62,432 bases of DNA from an uncultured virus (IMG/VR IMGVR_UViG_3300028797_000119) (lineage: Duplodnaviria; Heunggongvirae; Uroviricota; Caudoviricetes). Shown in pieces: positions 26,836 to 36,290 of the stretch; position 1 is the first letter of the stretch, and the number at the start of each line of letters is the position of its first letter. A program made the position numbers and the translations under genes. The notes beneath the pieces were generated by a model. That model did no database searches. It was given only the letters and a program-made list of their open reading frames with translations, and had not been told where the DNA came from. The stretch lies in IMG/VR virus record IMGVR_UViG_3300028797_000119; one strand, 5' to 3'.

Positions 26836-27311
26836 TGATTCGCAACGCCAGTAAACGATTGTATATGATAGCTTGGGTGGCTTTCCTTTGGTTAGGAATA
26901 GCCAATTCTATTCGATTGCTGAAAACTCGCGTATACCATTTTCCGATTCCGTGGAAACCCAAAACACGCAAATTGAAGCGCGGTACCTTCTTTATATGTG
27001 CCAGACGATTCGGAGTCGTTAAATATATCGGGCTATACAAATATGACTTTATTACGGAAGCCAAGCGTAACGACATAATGTACAGTGTCAACAAAAATCT
27101 CGACATGGTATGCGACAGGTTAGGAACACCGTGGAGAGTCTTTGTTATGCATCCGCAAGGCAAATCTAACATCCCCAACGTGACTATCTCCGATATGACG
27201 TTTGGGATGATGAAAACGCTTCGTCAGATGGCAATAAACGGCATCAACGCCGAAATACTTACCCGTATTCCAGACTGCTGTGTAGATACACGATCTTCAG
27301 TCCGTGGCTAG
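26835..27311 (+). CDS. membrane-anchored protein (family member 5)
   Basis: hydrophobic N-terminus + NSIRL; TAATG overlap. Confidence 0.65.
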   Translation: MIRNASKRLYMIAWVAFLWLGIANSIRLLKTRVYHFPIPWKPKTRKLKRGTFFICARRFGVVKYIGLYKYDFITEAKRNDIMYSVNKNLDMVCDRLGTPWRVFVMHPQGKSNIPNVTISDMTFGMMKTLRQMAINGINAEILTRIPDCCVDTRSSVRG

Positions 27312-27324
27312 GTGGACTTAAAAA

Positions 27325-27633
27325 ATGATTCGACTCGTTAAAAATGTGCTCGTAGTAGTCGCGTTGGCGGCAGCAGCCCGGAAGATATGGAAAAGGTGGT
27401 CGTTGGCGACCACCGATCCATCCAAGTTTTCCAATATAGCCAGAATCGAGTATCTGAGAGCGAGAATAAAGAATATGCAAGGTCTTTCGCCTATGGGCAT
27501 CGCGATGGCCATACAGTGCGGTCGACTAATGTATGAGGCCGGTATGGTCAACCCGAAGGCCGAGAAGCGTAGGCGCAAGATGAAGAAGAAATCTAATAAA
27601 CGCAAACCTTCCCGTACTCGGATTCCGGGATGA
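27325..27633 (+). CDS. small basic membrane-anchored protein (family member 6)
   Basis: VLVVVALAAAARKIWKR. Confidence 0.6.
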   Translation: MIRLVKNVLVVVALAAAARKIWKRWSLATTDPSKFSNIARIEYLRARIKNMQGLSPMGIAMAIQCGRLMYEAGMVNPKAEKRRRKMKKKSNKRKPSRTRIPG

Positions 27634-28072
27634 TGTCGATGAGCAGCTGGTAACAGCCTCCGGTCGTCGTCAGAACGGACGTGGTCTGCAGCAAGTTGAT
27701 TTCGGAGCCGTTGTCGACCTTCCACTTGATAGGCATAGAATACTTCGTACCTTGTATGTAGATGGCCGTAATGTCGGACGATGACTTGAGGCGTTCAATG
27801 GCGGCCTCACCGTCTGCGTTTCGGCTGTCGACGCCTTCGCCGAACATCCCGGTGATATAGCGTCTGCGGAACAGCTGCGACCTGTTAAGGTCAAGCGAAA
27901 TCTTGAAAGATTTCAAGTTCCGTTCGTAGTCGATGCGTTGTTGCTTCGGGTCCCATTCATACTTTTCACTTTCCACCTCGAACGACATCGAAACGACAGC
28001 GGCTGGGTCAACCATAACCGAGTCGCAGTTCATAAAGACAATCTCGAAATCGACAATGTTATTGATCGACAT
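27593..28072 (-). CDS. hypothetical protein, 159 aa
   Basis: ORF in minus-strand operon. Confidence 0.7.
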   Translation of the reverse strand: MSINNIVDFEIVFMNCDSVMVDPAAVVSMSFEVESEKYEWDPKQQRIDYERNLKSFKISLDLNRSQLFRRRYITGMFGEGVDSRNADGEAAIERLKSSSDITAIYIQGTKYSMPIKWKVDNGSEINLLQTTSVLTTTGGCYQLLIDIIPESEYGKVCVY

Positions 28073-28439
28073 AACCGTATTCCTTGCATACTTCAGTGAC
28101 CGACGTGACGCTCCACTTCGACAATGTATACTGTTCGGTCGGGTCGGTCACGTTTTTGATTCTGTACTTATTGGCGGAAGAACCGAACGCTTGTGGCTTA
28201 ATCACTTGATATTTAGCCAGATCCCACTCTGTACATTTGTCACGGTGACTAAAGGTAGACTCGCAGATGACAGATACCAACTTGGTACATACCTTTTCTT
28301 TCGGTTTCTCGGTCTCCGGAAAGTAAGTTTCCTTCAACCAGAAACCCCCAGATAACAGTGCGACACAACCGGCGATAATGGCTATGAGCGTGACCCAGTC
28401 ACGACATTTCCACATATTTTGGATTTTACCGTCTGCCAT
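28059..28439 (-). CDS. membrane-anchored hypothetical protein
   Basis: N-terminal TM; P.P..VC.......C.E pattern shared with 28441..28803. Confidence 0.65.
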   Translation of the reverse strand: MADGKIQNMWKCRDWVTLIAIIAGCVALLSGGFWLKETYFPETEKPKEKVCTKLVSVICESTFSHRDKCTEWDLAKYQVIKPQAFGSSANKYRIKNVTDPTEQYTLSKWSVTSVTEVCKEYGYVDQ

Positions 28440-28440
28440 C

Positions 28441-28803
28441 CTACGGCTCCTTCGGCTTGATGGAGTCCGTGCAGACGATATCAGCTCTCATATAGTCTCT
28501 GGACTTGTACATATAGGTTTCCGTCGGGTCGCTGCGCTTGACCACGCGTTTTCCGTGGAACGGGCTGTGCATCGTCTCTACTATGTATTCCTTGATCGGG
28601 TAAGTCTTGCAGATTCCCTTACCGGATGTCGTTACGTGTTCGTCGCCGAACACGCCTTTCTTGGTTTCATAGAGACAAATCGTGAACACCTCGTTTTCGC
28701 ACACCGGTTTCGGAGTGGGGTCGGCGAACGCGATGATACCGGCTGTAACGGCGGCACCACAAGCTGCGCCTACAATAAATGCAAGAACAGTATTACTGGA
28801 CAT
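28441..28803 (-). CDS. membrane-anchored hypothetical protein
   Basis: MSSNTVLAFIVGAACGAAVTAGIIAFA. Confidence 0.65.
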   Translation of the reverse strand: MSSNTVLAFIVGAACGAAVTAGIIAFADPTPKPVCENEVFTICLYETKKGVFGDEHVTTSGKGICKTYPIKEYIVETMHSPFHGKRVVKRSDPTETYMYKSRDYMRADIVCTDSIKPKEP

Positions 28804-28804
28804 A

Positions 28805-29416
28805 TTATTTTCCCCTTTGTATGTGGTCAATGATTTCGGCGGCGAAACGCTGGTACGGCTCGCCGTAGTTCTGGGACGTTCCGGTCAGTTTCACATAACC
28901 GGGGAGATTCTTGACGAATTCTTCGGACTGCAGAACAAGGCGTTCGAACACCTCGGCACTGGTCATACCTCGATGACGGAGGCGTTTCGACTGTTCGCCT
29001 TTGTCAACCGGTATAAAGAACGTGTTGCAGATGTTCAGCCGTTTCGCGAGGTTTATGCTCGGTTCAAGCGGAGGAATCTCGACGAATACCAGATCGCCGT
29101 TTTCGTTGTCTAGGAGATATTCCGCGAAGCAGTCGGTGAGATAGGTTTCGAATCGGATATACGCCTTGCGGTAATTTTCGTCGAACATACGTTTCTTGAT
29201 TTTACGGATGTCAAGAGTGTTGTCGCTGTTGATTACATCGTTGCCGAATTCTTCGGCCAGTTTATGGCGAACCTTCGGCCAGTTATAGAGTTCCTTCTTC
29301 GCGACATCGTCAGACTTGACGACACGGTAGCCGAGAGAACTGAGGTGGTTACATACGGTTGACTTACCGGCACCGATTTCACCGGTCACTATCGCGAACT
29401 TACTTTTGCTTGCCAT
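28805..29416 (-). CDS. coaE: dephospho-CoA kinase
   Basis: AIVTGEIGAGKSTV...GY.V..SD.VAK; VEIPPL; adjacent to coaD. Confidence 0.85.
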   Translation of the reverse strand: MASKSKFAIVTGEIGAGKSTVCNHLSSLGYRVVKSDDVAKKELYNWPKVRHKLAEEFGNDVINSDNTLDIRKIKKRMFDENYRKAYIRFETYLTDCFAEYLLDNENGDLVFVEIPPLEPSINLAKRLNICNTFFIPVDKGEQSKRLRHRGMTSAEVFERLVLQSEEFVKNLPGYVKLTGTSQNYGEPYQRFAAEIIDHIQRGK

Positions 29417-29972
29417 TGTACGCCTCGTATACCTGATAAAGGATGTCGTTGTAGGGTTTCAAGTTTTCCGACGGAATCACCTTGTAGGAAGTCGCGTCAG
29501 ACCAGCCGAACGCCATCGCGAACTTGTCATATGGGAACAGTTTGGCAACTTCGCGAAGGTTAGTCGACGATACGCTATTGAATGCTTGTGCTGTCAAGTA
29601 GACTGTTTCCATATGGTTCGAACTATCAGCAAGCATATCGTTGTAATACTGCTGCTCCATTTCATATGCAAAGTCGGTTGCATTGCGGAGGCCGCGAACT
29701 ATGTATTTCTGCGCATTGAGCGGTAGGCCTTTATAAACATCAACCAACGGAGTTCCAGACGGAAGAACTCCGGTGAAGACATTTGGCAAGTCAGATGTGA
29801 TAGTGTTAATCCACTGTACGCGTTGATCAATTGATACATTATATTTCTTGTTCGGGTTATCTGCAACCATTACATTAACGATATCGAACAGACGTGAAGC
29901 CTTTCGAATAATGGCGAGATGGCCGATTGTGACCGGGTTGAACGAGCCGGGATAAATTGCAACTTTAGACAT
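29400..29972 (-). CDS. coaD: phosphopantetheine adenylyltransferase
   Basis: AIYPGSFNPVTIGH...IVRGLRN..DF.YE...VSST. Confidence 0.92.
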   Translation of the reverse strand: MSKVAIYPGSFNPVTIGHLAIIRKASRLFDIVNVMVADNPNKKYNVSIDQRVQWINTITSDLPNVFTGVLPSGTPLVDVYKGLPLNAQKYIVRGLRNATDFAYEMEQQYYNDMLADSSNHMETVYLTAQAFNSVSSTNLREVAKLFPYDKFAMAFGWSDATSYKVIPSENLKPYNDILYQVYEAYNGKQK

Positions 29973-30798
29973 TGGATTCCTTCTGTCTCTGATGATCTTC
30001 GATTTGTTCTCTGAGCGACTTTGCGCTGCGCAACAATTCACCAGCGGCCTGTAATCCATAGTCGAAGCAACCTTTAGGCCAATCTTCGACATTTCCGTTG
30101 CCGTCAATATGGATTTTCTGGCCATTGTACTTGAAATAGAAGCCGGTGTAATGGTTTTTGCATATCTGGACGCGCACGTTGTCCAGCGCAGCCGAGTTTT
30201 GGATTTCTCCGATGGGTTGTCCGTCAGGAGAATAAAGAATTACCGTAGGGTCGATCTCGTTGTCGATACGGATTGCGAGACGGCTCGGATTGAATACTTC
30301 CAGCTCGTAGTGCGGATGCTTCTCGTCAGTCACCGTGACTAGGTCGTCGATAAGGACGACATGGTCCTTACCCTTGTAGCTCTTGGCAAAATCTTCGGCC
30401 ACCGATACCTTCGTGTAACCGTATTGAGCCATCGCACCGGGCTGTAGCAGCCTATCGCGGAGTTCGTCGATGATTTCCGGAGCATTGACCAAGTTGAGGG
30501 TCAGCAAGTTGTCCCAGAGAGTATTCGTGACCCTCTCGATCGCGTCAAGCTTCGTGTATACGCGGCCATAGTGTGCGGCGTCGACCTTAATCGCGTCGAG
30601 GATTTTCAAGAGAAGTTCGTCGTCGATGTCGGCGAGGGTCTTCCAACCCCAAGTATAGATGAATACTCGGTAGTCTTGGTTGTCCTTTGTGCGGTCGGCA
30701 ATGAGCTTCGCAATCTGGGAACAGTTGAACGTAAGGAAATTGCGCGACTTCAAGTCATCGAGAACGGTTCCCTCGATATCAATAAAAAATTTAAGCAT
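29965..30798 (-). CDS. HAD-like hypothetical protein
   Basis: FFIDIEGTVLD N-terminus and VLIDD motif. Confidence 0.55.
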   Translation of the reverse strand: MLKFFIDIEGTVLDDLKSRNFLTFNCSQIAKLIADRTKDNQDYRVFIYTWGWKTLADIDDELLLKILDAIKVDAAHYGRVYTKLDAIERVTNTLWDNLLTLNLVNAPEIIDELRDRLLQPGAMAQYGYTKVSVAEDFAKSYKGKDHVVLIDDLVTVTDEKHPHYELEVFNPSRLAIRIDNEIDPTVILYSPDGQPIGEIQNSAALDNVRVQICKNHYTGFYFKYNGQKIHIDGNGNVEDWPKGCFDYGLQAAGELLRSAKSLREQIEDHQRQKESNV

Positions 30799-31001
30799 TG
30801 TCCGTAGACTCCTTATTCGCAAGCGGTTCGTCGGGCTTATAGTCTTTCTTGGCTATGTTGGCTCCGACTGGGTGGATAATGGGGTCTTCGTGATGCAGCG
30901 GATATGACGGCGTGCCTGTCGTATTATTCGTGTCCATTTAAACCTCTTTTGGCTTCAATATAGCAATTTGCAGCGATTTTGTCAATGACGTAAATAACGT
31001 A

Positions 31002-31030
31002 TTGACAAGTTGGTAAAAATTTCCTATATT
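31002..31030 (+). promoter_or_regulatory. sigma70-type promoter TTGACA-N17-TATATT for cca
   Basis: direct reading of sequence. Confidence 0.75.
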
Positions 31031-31046
31031 TAGCGTCGAGGTAATT

Positions 31047-32360
31047 ATGAAAATCGACTTAGCAAAATATTCAACCAATAACGAGTTAAATTTGGCGATG
31101 ATGTTGATTGCACAAATCAACTCGTATGGCTATGAAGCCTATGCCGTTGGTGGCTGTGTCCGCGACCTTGTTCGCTATGAACTGGGTCAAACAGATACCC
31201 CAAATATTCACGATGTGGATATTGCCACGAATATGCCCATCGAGAAATTGCAAGAAAAATTCACTACGCGTAGTAATAATGGCGAAGCTCACGGTACTAT
31301 CCTAGTCTTGTTTCGCGCTGGACTCGAATTTGCTGGTTATGACCCAGTTCCATTCGAAGTAACCCAGTTCCGTACTGACGGCGACTATTCCGACGGTCGC
31401 CACCCGGACACCGTCACCTTCGCCAAGACCTTCAAGGAAGACGCATCGCGCCGCGACCTTACCATCAACGCGCTTGGTATGGACTGCGACGGCGAAGTAA
31501 TCGACTATTTCGGCGGTATTAAGGATATCGAACACCGATTCATCCGTACAGTCGGCGATCCCAATGCCAGATTTACAGAAGATGCTCTCCGCATCATCCG
31601 CGCAATCCGTTTTGCCATTGTTTTCGGCTATCTGCTCGAAGACACGACTCGTGCGGTTATCAAAGCGAAGGCACATCTTGTCGCGTCATTGTCCGCCGAG
31701 CGCATCCGCAAGGAATTCCTGACTGTGGCTGAAAAGGGTAATATCGCCTCGTTCTACTCGCTTCTCGATTCGACCAATGTTGAGCAGCACATCCCGGCTC
31801 TTCAGAAATGCTTTGGCGATGTACTTCATTCCAAGTTGCCCATGCTGTACCGATACAACAAGGATACGGATTCGGTGTCCGCGTCGGTGAACAAGGACAA
31901 TGTCGTGCCTCTGATCGCGTTCCAGTCGTTCAATGCCGATGAGACAATGGACAAGTTTGTGGCGACACGCGAGGAGCGTCGTATGCTCAAATATTACCAA
32001 GACTTCACTTCCTATTTCAACACGGCTGACCCAACAATCCACTACCCGTGGACCAAGCTGGTCGAGTTCGTCGAAGGTGATTACAAGAATGTACTCTGGT
32101 ACTGCAGTCCGTACCACTTCTCGGACGATTTCTATCAGCAGCTTGCCATAGCGAAGTTCTTGTCCCAGAACAAGCCGGATTTCAAGGCGATTTCCGAACA
32201 CATTAAAGAAATGGGTATCGCCCAAGGTCCGGATTTCGGCAAGGAATACCGTATCTTGGTAGAAGAGGCGTATGAAAAGAAAGCGAACATGCTTACGAAG
32301 GAGCTGATTACTACCATCGGTAGAAGCACAGTCCATTACAAGTTAAGCTATGTCGATTAG
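31047..32360 (+). CDS. cca: CCA-adding tRNA nucleotidyltransferase / poly(A) polymerase family
   Basis: AVGGCVRD, DVDIAT, EDASRRDLTINAL, RFTEDALRIIRAIRF, SAERI..E. Confidence 0.92.
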   Translation: MKIDLAKYSTNNELNLAMMLIAQINSYGYEAYAVGGCVRDLVRYELGQTDTPNIHDVDIATNMPIEKLQEKFTTRSNNGEAHGTILVLFRAGLEFAGYDPVPFEVTQFRTDGDYSDGRHPDTVTFAKTFKEDASRRDLTINALGMDCDGEVIDYFGGIKDIEHRFIRTVGDPNARFTEDALRIIRAIRFAIVFGYLLEDTTRAVIKAKAHLVASLSAERIRKEFLTVAEKGNIASFYSLLDSTNVEQHIPALQKCFGDVLHSKLPMLYRYNKDTDSVSASVNKDNVVPLIAFQSFNADETMDKFVATREERRMLKYYQDFTSYFNTADPTIHYPWTKLVEFVEGDYKNVLWYCSPYHFSDDFYQQLAIAKFLSQNKPDFKAISEHIKEMGIAQGPDFGKEYRILVEEAYEKKANMLTKELITTIGRSTVHYKLSYVD

Positions 32361-33185
32361 GAAAGTCTCGGCTTCCTTGAAGGAAGCGAACGGAAATTTT
32401 TCGTGAGGAAGTCCAAGGGTATTGCATATGATGCGATGCCCTTTTCCGTTTTTATCAACCCATTTCGTGTCAAGACAGCCGTGCGTGTGTCCGGCTTGCC
32501 AGATAGTGGTTTCAGGAAGCTGTTCAAGGAACTTTGCTCCGTCAAAACAGTACCAAGCCGTCTTGTAGGTATCGACGAATTGCGGCTGTATTCCCATCTG
32601 CGTGGGGAAGAAATGGGTAAGCATAACCTTCGGGGCGGCCTTTACTAGGTCGTCCATCTTAGCTTTCTCCGACTCCCAAATCTTGATGGGGTCTTGACCC
32701 ATATAGTTCCAGTGACGACCGTCATACCACTCGTTATGCCACGTCCCTACCGTGTCATATGGTCTCCCTTCGTATCGGTCGTATGTGAAGTCGCACATAC
32801 CCATCGTACCGCCGAATCCGTCCACCACGTTACCGTCCAGCAGATGCACGTTGGGATAGGCACTCAGCGCAATCTCGATCCAGGCCAACTTGTCTTCGGT
32901 GGTTTTCCAATTCATAAAGCCATCCACGTCTCCGAACGACCCACGGACGGTCAAGTCGTGGTTTCCGAAGATGATGTAGACTTGCTTGTACTTCTCCGCT
33001 ATAAATTCGCAGAACGCGACGAACGTGAAGTCATCGTCGGCGATGTCGCCAGCGATAGAAACCGCTTCAGCCGGGATGAAATATCGGCCATAAAGTTCCT
33101 CAAACGACTTGCGTAGAACCCCCTTGTTCGTTGTAAGGGGACACCACGCGTCCAAGTGGAGGTCTGATATGAAGTAGGTGAGCAT
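32343..33185 (-). CDS. calcineurin-like metallophosphoesterase
   Basis: SDLH, AGD, GNHD, TH, GHTH. Confidence 0.85.
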   Translation of the reverse strand: MLTYFISDLHLDAWCPLTTNKGVLRKSFEELYGRYFIPAEAVSIAGDIADDDFTFVAFCEFIAEKYKQVYIIFGNHDLTVRGSFGDVDGFMNWKTTEDKLAWIEIALSAYPNVHLLDGNVVDGFGGTMGMCDFTYDRYEGRPYDTVGTWHNEWYDGRHWNYMGQDPIKIWESEKAKMDDLVKAAPKVMLTHFFPTQMGIQPQFVDTYKTAWYCFDGAKFLEQLPETTIWQAGHTHGCLDTKWVDKNGKGHRIICNTLGLPHEKFPFASFKEAETFLIDIA

Positions 33186-33358
33186 TATTGTCTCTGTTTA
33201 TGGTCGATATATACGATTACGGCCAAGATGACAACCATAACCACGTTAGGTAGGCTCCAAGTGTTGAAAAGGATGTAGCCAAGCAAGTTGGCCACAATCC
33301 ATACAACTGCAAACGCAAGGACAAACTGGTCCTTCTGTTTCTCGTTCTTAAACATCAT
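33185..33358 (-). CDS. small 2-TM membrane protein
   Basis: hydrophobic ORF of about 57 aa overlapping neighbours. Confidence 0.6.
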   Translation of the reverse strand: MMFKNEKQKDQFVLAFAVVWIVANLLGYILFNTWSLPNVVMVVILAVIVYIDHKQRQ

Positions 33359-34382
33359 CCGGGTAATCCCTAGTTTCGAATTCGTGGATGTCCTTGAGAC
33401 CTTCCTTGAATACCGGGACTGCGTTGTCGAAGATGACATCCGGGAGGTTGGCGATGTGGGCAACCAGCGGATAATGCATAGCCTTTATCTTCGCACGGGT
33501 GCAGAGGACGGTTCCTTCCGGTGCCGTACGCGCCTGATGCTTAGGCGGAAGCTGTTCGATTTCTTCGGGAGTGTACGGACGCGTAGTCACGATGCGCTTG
33601 AAGTAGGTACCGCGAGCGTAGTTGAGCAGAGTGTCCTTCCAGAAGTCGTAACCCTTTTCGGCGAGCATAGCAATCTTCTGGTCGCTGTTCTTGCTGAGAA
33701 GCTGTTTCGCGCTGTAGAACTTGGGCTGCTGCGCCACGTTGCTGATGGAGTTCTTGATAGCGTCGCGTTCGCGCCAGATCAAGCAGTTGGCCACCTCGTC
33801 GCGGCTTGGAACGCCGAATACACGAGCGTCGAACGCCGGGAGCTTTCCGCTGTAGCCGGTAGCGACCAACCAGTTGTAGAACGCCACTGCTGCGGTTGAT
33901 GCTGCGAGTGTAGCAATCTTCTGGCACTTGCGGTTAAACATTTCCGTATCGTTGGGGAGGACGATCGTGATTTCGTCAGACTGCGTGTAGCCAATGATAG
34001 CGTGGAATTCTTGAACCAACGCCATAGTGGCCGCGTTCATAGCGTCCACAATACGCATATCGTACGGTTTTGTGAACTGTCTAGTGAACTTGCTGAAGCA
34101 GTGGCCGTCGACACGGATAACCGGATAGAACCCAGCCGGAACGTCGGTATAGCCGTCAAGGCGCATCGGCCATCCGCCCGGAATACGGACAACATTGCGC
34201 GACGGCCATTGTGGGTACTTTCCGGGGAAGTTGTTTCCCGTAAAAAACGACTCGTACAGCTTCATGCGGTCTCCAAGGGCGAGATTATCCCAAAGATTTG
34301 TTTCGTCATTTTCTTTTGTTTGATTATGTTGATTTTTTGTGAATAAGTTCTTCACATTGTTAATAATTTTCGTAAATAACAT
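33348..34382 (-). CDS. thg1: tRNA(His) guanylyltransferase Thg1-like 3'-5' polymerase
   Basis: VIRVDGHCFSKFT, GYTQSDEI, FDARVF, WRERDA.KNSI. Confidence 0.9.
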   Translation of the reverse strand: MLFTKIINNVKNLFTKNQHNQTKENDETNLWDNLALGDRMKLYESFFTGNNFPGKYPQWPSRNVVRIPGGWPMRLDGYTDVPAGFYPVIRVDGHCFSKFTRQFTKPYDMRIVDAMNAATMALVQEFHAIIGYTQSDEITIVLPNDTEMFNRKCQKIATLAASTAAVAFYNWLVATGYSGKLPAFDARVFGVPSRDEVANCLIWRERDAIKNSISNVAQQPKFYSAKQLLSKNSDQKIAMLAEKGYDFWKDTLLNYARGTYFKRIVTTRPYTPEEIEQLPPKHQARTAPEGTVLCTRAKIKAMHYPLVAHIANLPDVIFDNAVPVFKEGLKDIHEFETRDYPDDV

Positions 34383-34383
34383 T

Positions 34384-34857
34384 TTAATCCCTCACGGCAA
34401 TTATAATTTTTATGTTTGTACTAGCGAATACGCCCTTGATAAGAGGTGATACGACACTCCACTTGAGCATGTCGATTCCACACGCAATTTTTGGCATGTA
34501 AAGAGTCGTCAAACCGTTAGATTCCATGTAGTCTCTAAGGGCAACAAGCGACGATGCGACATGTTCGTATGTCGGCTTGTAGCACGAGCGGAGTTTAGTG
34601 ATAAGGTTTACGAGAGTATTATTACGGCTAGGTGACTTGACAGCTAATATTCCACCTACTTGAAGCATATCGCTTACGCCGTTTGGATTCGTTGAACACT
34701 TGTAACGACATAAGTTTTCCGCATTGAACATCTCTCTGTTGATAACCGGTGCGACGCCACTTCCCCAGTTGAGGTCTGCCGCGATACAATGCGCAACAAC
34801 CGTGTCGCTGTTATCCGGTGTATTTTTGATGTCCATTCTCTGTTCTGTATAATTCAT
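34384..34857 (-). CDS. macrodomain ADP-ribose glycohydrolase (TARG1/DarG/Poa1p-like)
   Basis: AHCIAAD...GSGVA, NLITK...KPTY, MPKIACGID.L.W. Confidence 0.85.
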   Translation of the reverse strand: MNYTEQRMDIKNTPDNSDTVVAHCIAADLNWGSGVAPVINREMFNAENLCRYKCSTNPNGVSDMLQVGGILAVKSPSRNNTLVNLITKLRSCYKPTYEHVASSLVALRDYMESNGLTTLYMPKIACGIDMLKWSVVSPLIKGVFASTNIKIIIAVRD

Positions 34858-34905
34858 AATGTGTTCCTTATCTGAAACGTTATACAACGTTTTCAATGTA
34901 GTAAA

Positions 34906-34934
34906 AATATAGTTTTAAAACGCCTATTTGTCAA
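34906..34934 (-). promoter_or_regulatory. sigma70-type promoter TTGACA-N17-TATATT
   Basis: direct reading; upstream of macro-thg1 operon. Confidence 0.75.
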
Positions 34935-34992
34935 CATTTTCAAATGTGCATATGCATAAACTTCAGTTAAATTGTTCGGACGGCATCGAAAG

Positions 34993-35490
34993 ATGGAATG
35001 GTCTACGTTAACAGAAAATCTGCAGATATATTCGGGTTTTATCATAGCTCTAGGATCCTTTGTTGCAACCCTTGTCGGTTTCATACGCCCAATGCGTAAA
35101 TGGTTCGTCGACAACTTCACCAATAAGAATGAAGTCGGCCAACGAATATCTAAAATAGAAACCGATCTGGCGCATGTAACCGAATTCATCACTGGACTAA
35201 AAGACGACCTCTACTCCAAGTTCGAGTCCGACCGAAATGAACAACGAATTATGAAAGAGGCAACCATAGCCTCTACAAGGAACGACCTTACGGCTATATA
35301 TAACCAAGCAATTGAAAAGGGATATATAGGCGATTACGACCGAGAGAATTTTGAAAAAATGTATAAGGTGTACTCCGACCTTGGCGGCAATTCCTATATA
35401 CACGAACTGCATAAACAAATATTGACTATGCCTTCCAAGACCGCCGCTAATAAACGTCATACTAGGAGAACTAGTTCAAAACGGGGGTAA
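34993..35490 (+). CDS. putative holin-like / lysis-associated membrane protein
   Basis: N-terminal TM, coiled coil, Y..LGGN C-terminal pattern seen in phage lysis modules. Confidence 0.5.
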   Translation: MEWSTLTENLQIYSGFIIALGSFVATLVGFIRPMRKWFVDNFTNKNEVGQRISKIETDLAHVTEFITGLKDDLYSKFESDRNEQRIMKEATIASTRNDLTAIYNQAIEKGYIGDYDRENFEKMYKVYSDLGGNSYIHELHKQILTMPSKTAANKRHTRRTSSKRG

Positions 35491-35493
35491 ATA

Positions 35494-35937
35494 ATGAGTT
35501 GCGATTGCCATAGACACGTGATGCCGATTCCGCACCCGCCTCCACATCCTTCACATCCTATACCTCACCCAGTCGGACCTGGTTGCGGCTGTTTTCCTAG
35601 ACCGCATATAAGCCAAACGCCTACATTTGTTAGACGTCCGTCCGCACCATGCGGACCGATATATTTTATTCCGAATCAGCCTCCAATACCGACTTTTGGC
35701 TGTTGTACACCACCGCCGCCACCACAAAAGGGACCGTGGGAATATGTACCGTCACGACTATACCCAGACCCGTCACACCACTGCGGTTGCCAATGCCACA
35801 GCCCGTTTCCTTATTTCACTCCGAACCAGCCGTTCGTACCACCTCCGATGCCATTTCCAACGTATCGATGTGTTCCAGAACACGGCTGTCTTCCGTTGAA
35901 ATGTTATTCTTTTCATAATTGGGGGTGTTGCAGATGA
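35494..35937 (+). CDS. Pro/Cys/His-rich low-complexity protein
   Basis: GGGGG RBS; composition. Confidence 0.55.
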   Translation: MSCDCHRHVMPIPHPPPHPSHPIPHPVGPGCGCFPRPHISQTPTFVRRPSAPCGPIYFIPNQPPIPTFGCCTPPPPPQKGPWEYVPSRLYPDPSHHCGCQCHSPFPYFTPNQPFVPPPMPFPTYRCVPEHGCLPLKCYSFHNWGCCR

Positions 35938-36290
35938 ACCATTTTAAACCACCTTTCGGTATTCCACCGTGCAATCCGCATCCCGATATGATGCACCCGT
36001 TCCACTATCCGGGAATGGCTTGCCCACCACCACGGCCGGAGCCATACTACGGAACCTTGAAGATTGTCGAGGCGGTTCCGACTACTGACCACGAGATGAC
36101 CGCCGTGCGTTATGCAGATGGCCGTTACGATATGATTGCGAACGGTTACGTTATGGAACCGGGGACGGTTACAAATAACGGTCCGCGCTGTCTACCGTGG
36201 GACGAGGATAGGGGAAACTCCAGCAATTCAGAAGGTATGGACTGCATCAACTACGAGTTCAACAACTCTGACTGCGGTGCTACTTTTTAG
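35934..36290 (+). CDS. hypothetical protein, Pro-rich N-terminus
   Basis: ATGA overlap with previous gene. Confidence 0.55.
   Translation: MNHFKPPFGIPPCNPHPDMMHPFHYPGMACPPPRPEPYYGTLKIVEAVPTTDHEMTAVRYADGRYDMIANGYVMEPGTVTNNGPRCLPWDEDRGNSSNSEGMDCINYEFNNSDCGATF

Noticed and set aside
34921..34934. 14-nt identity CGCCTATTTGTCAA with the tnpB left end (58341-58354)
   Set aside because: The match is short and includes the common TTGACA -35. No IS hairpin is nearby, so it is probably coincidental.
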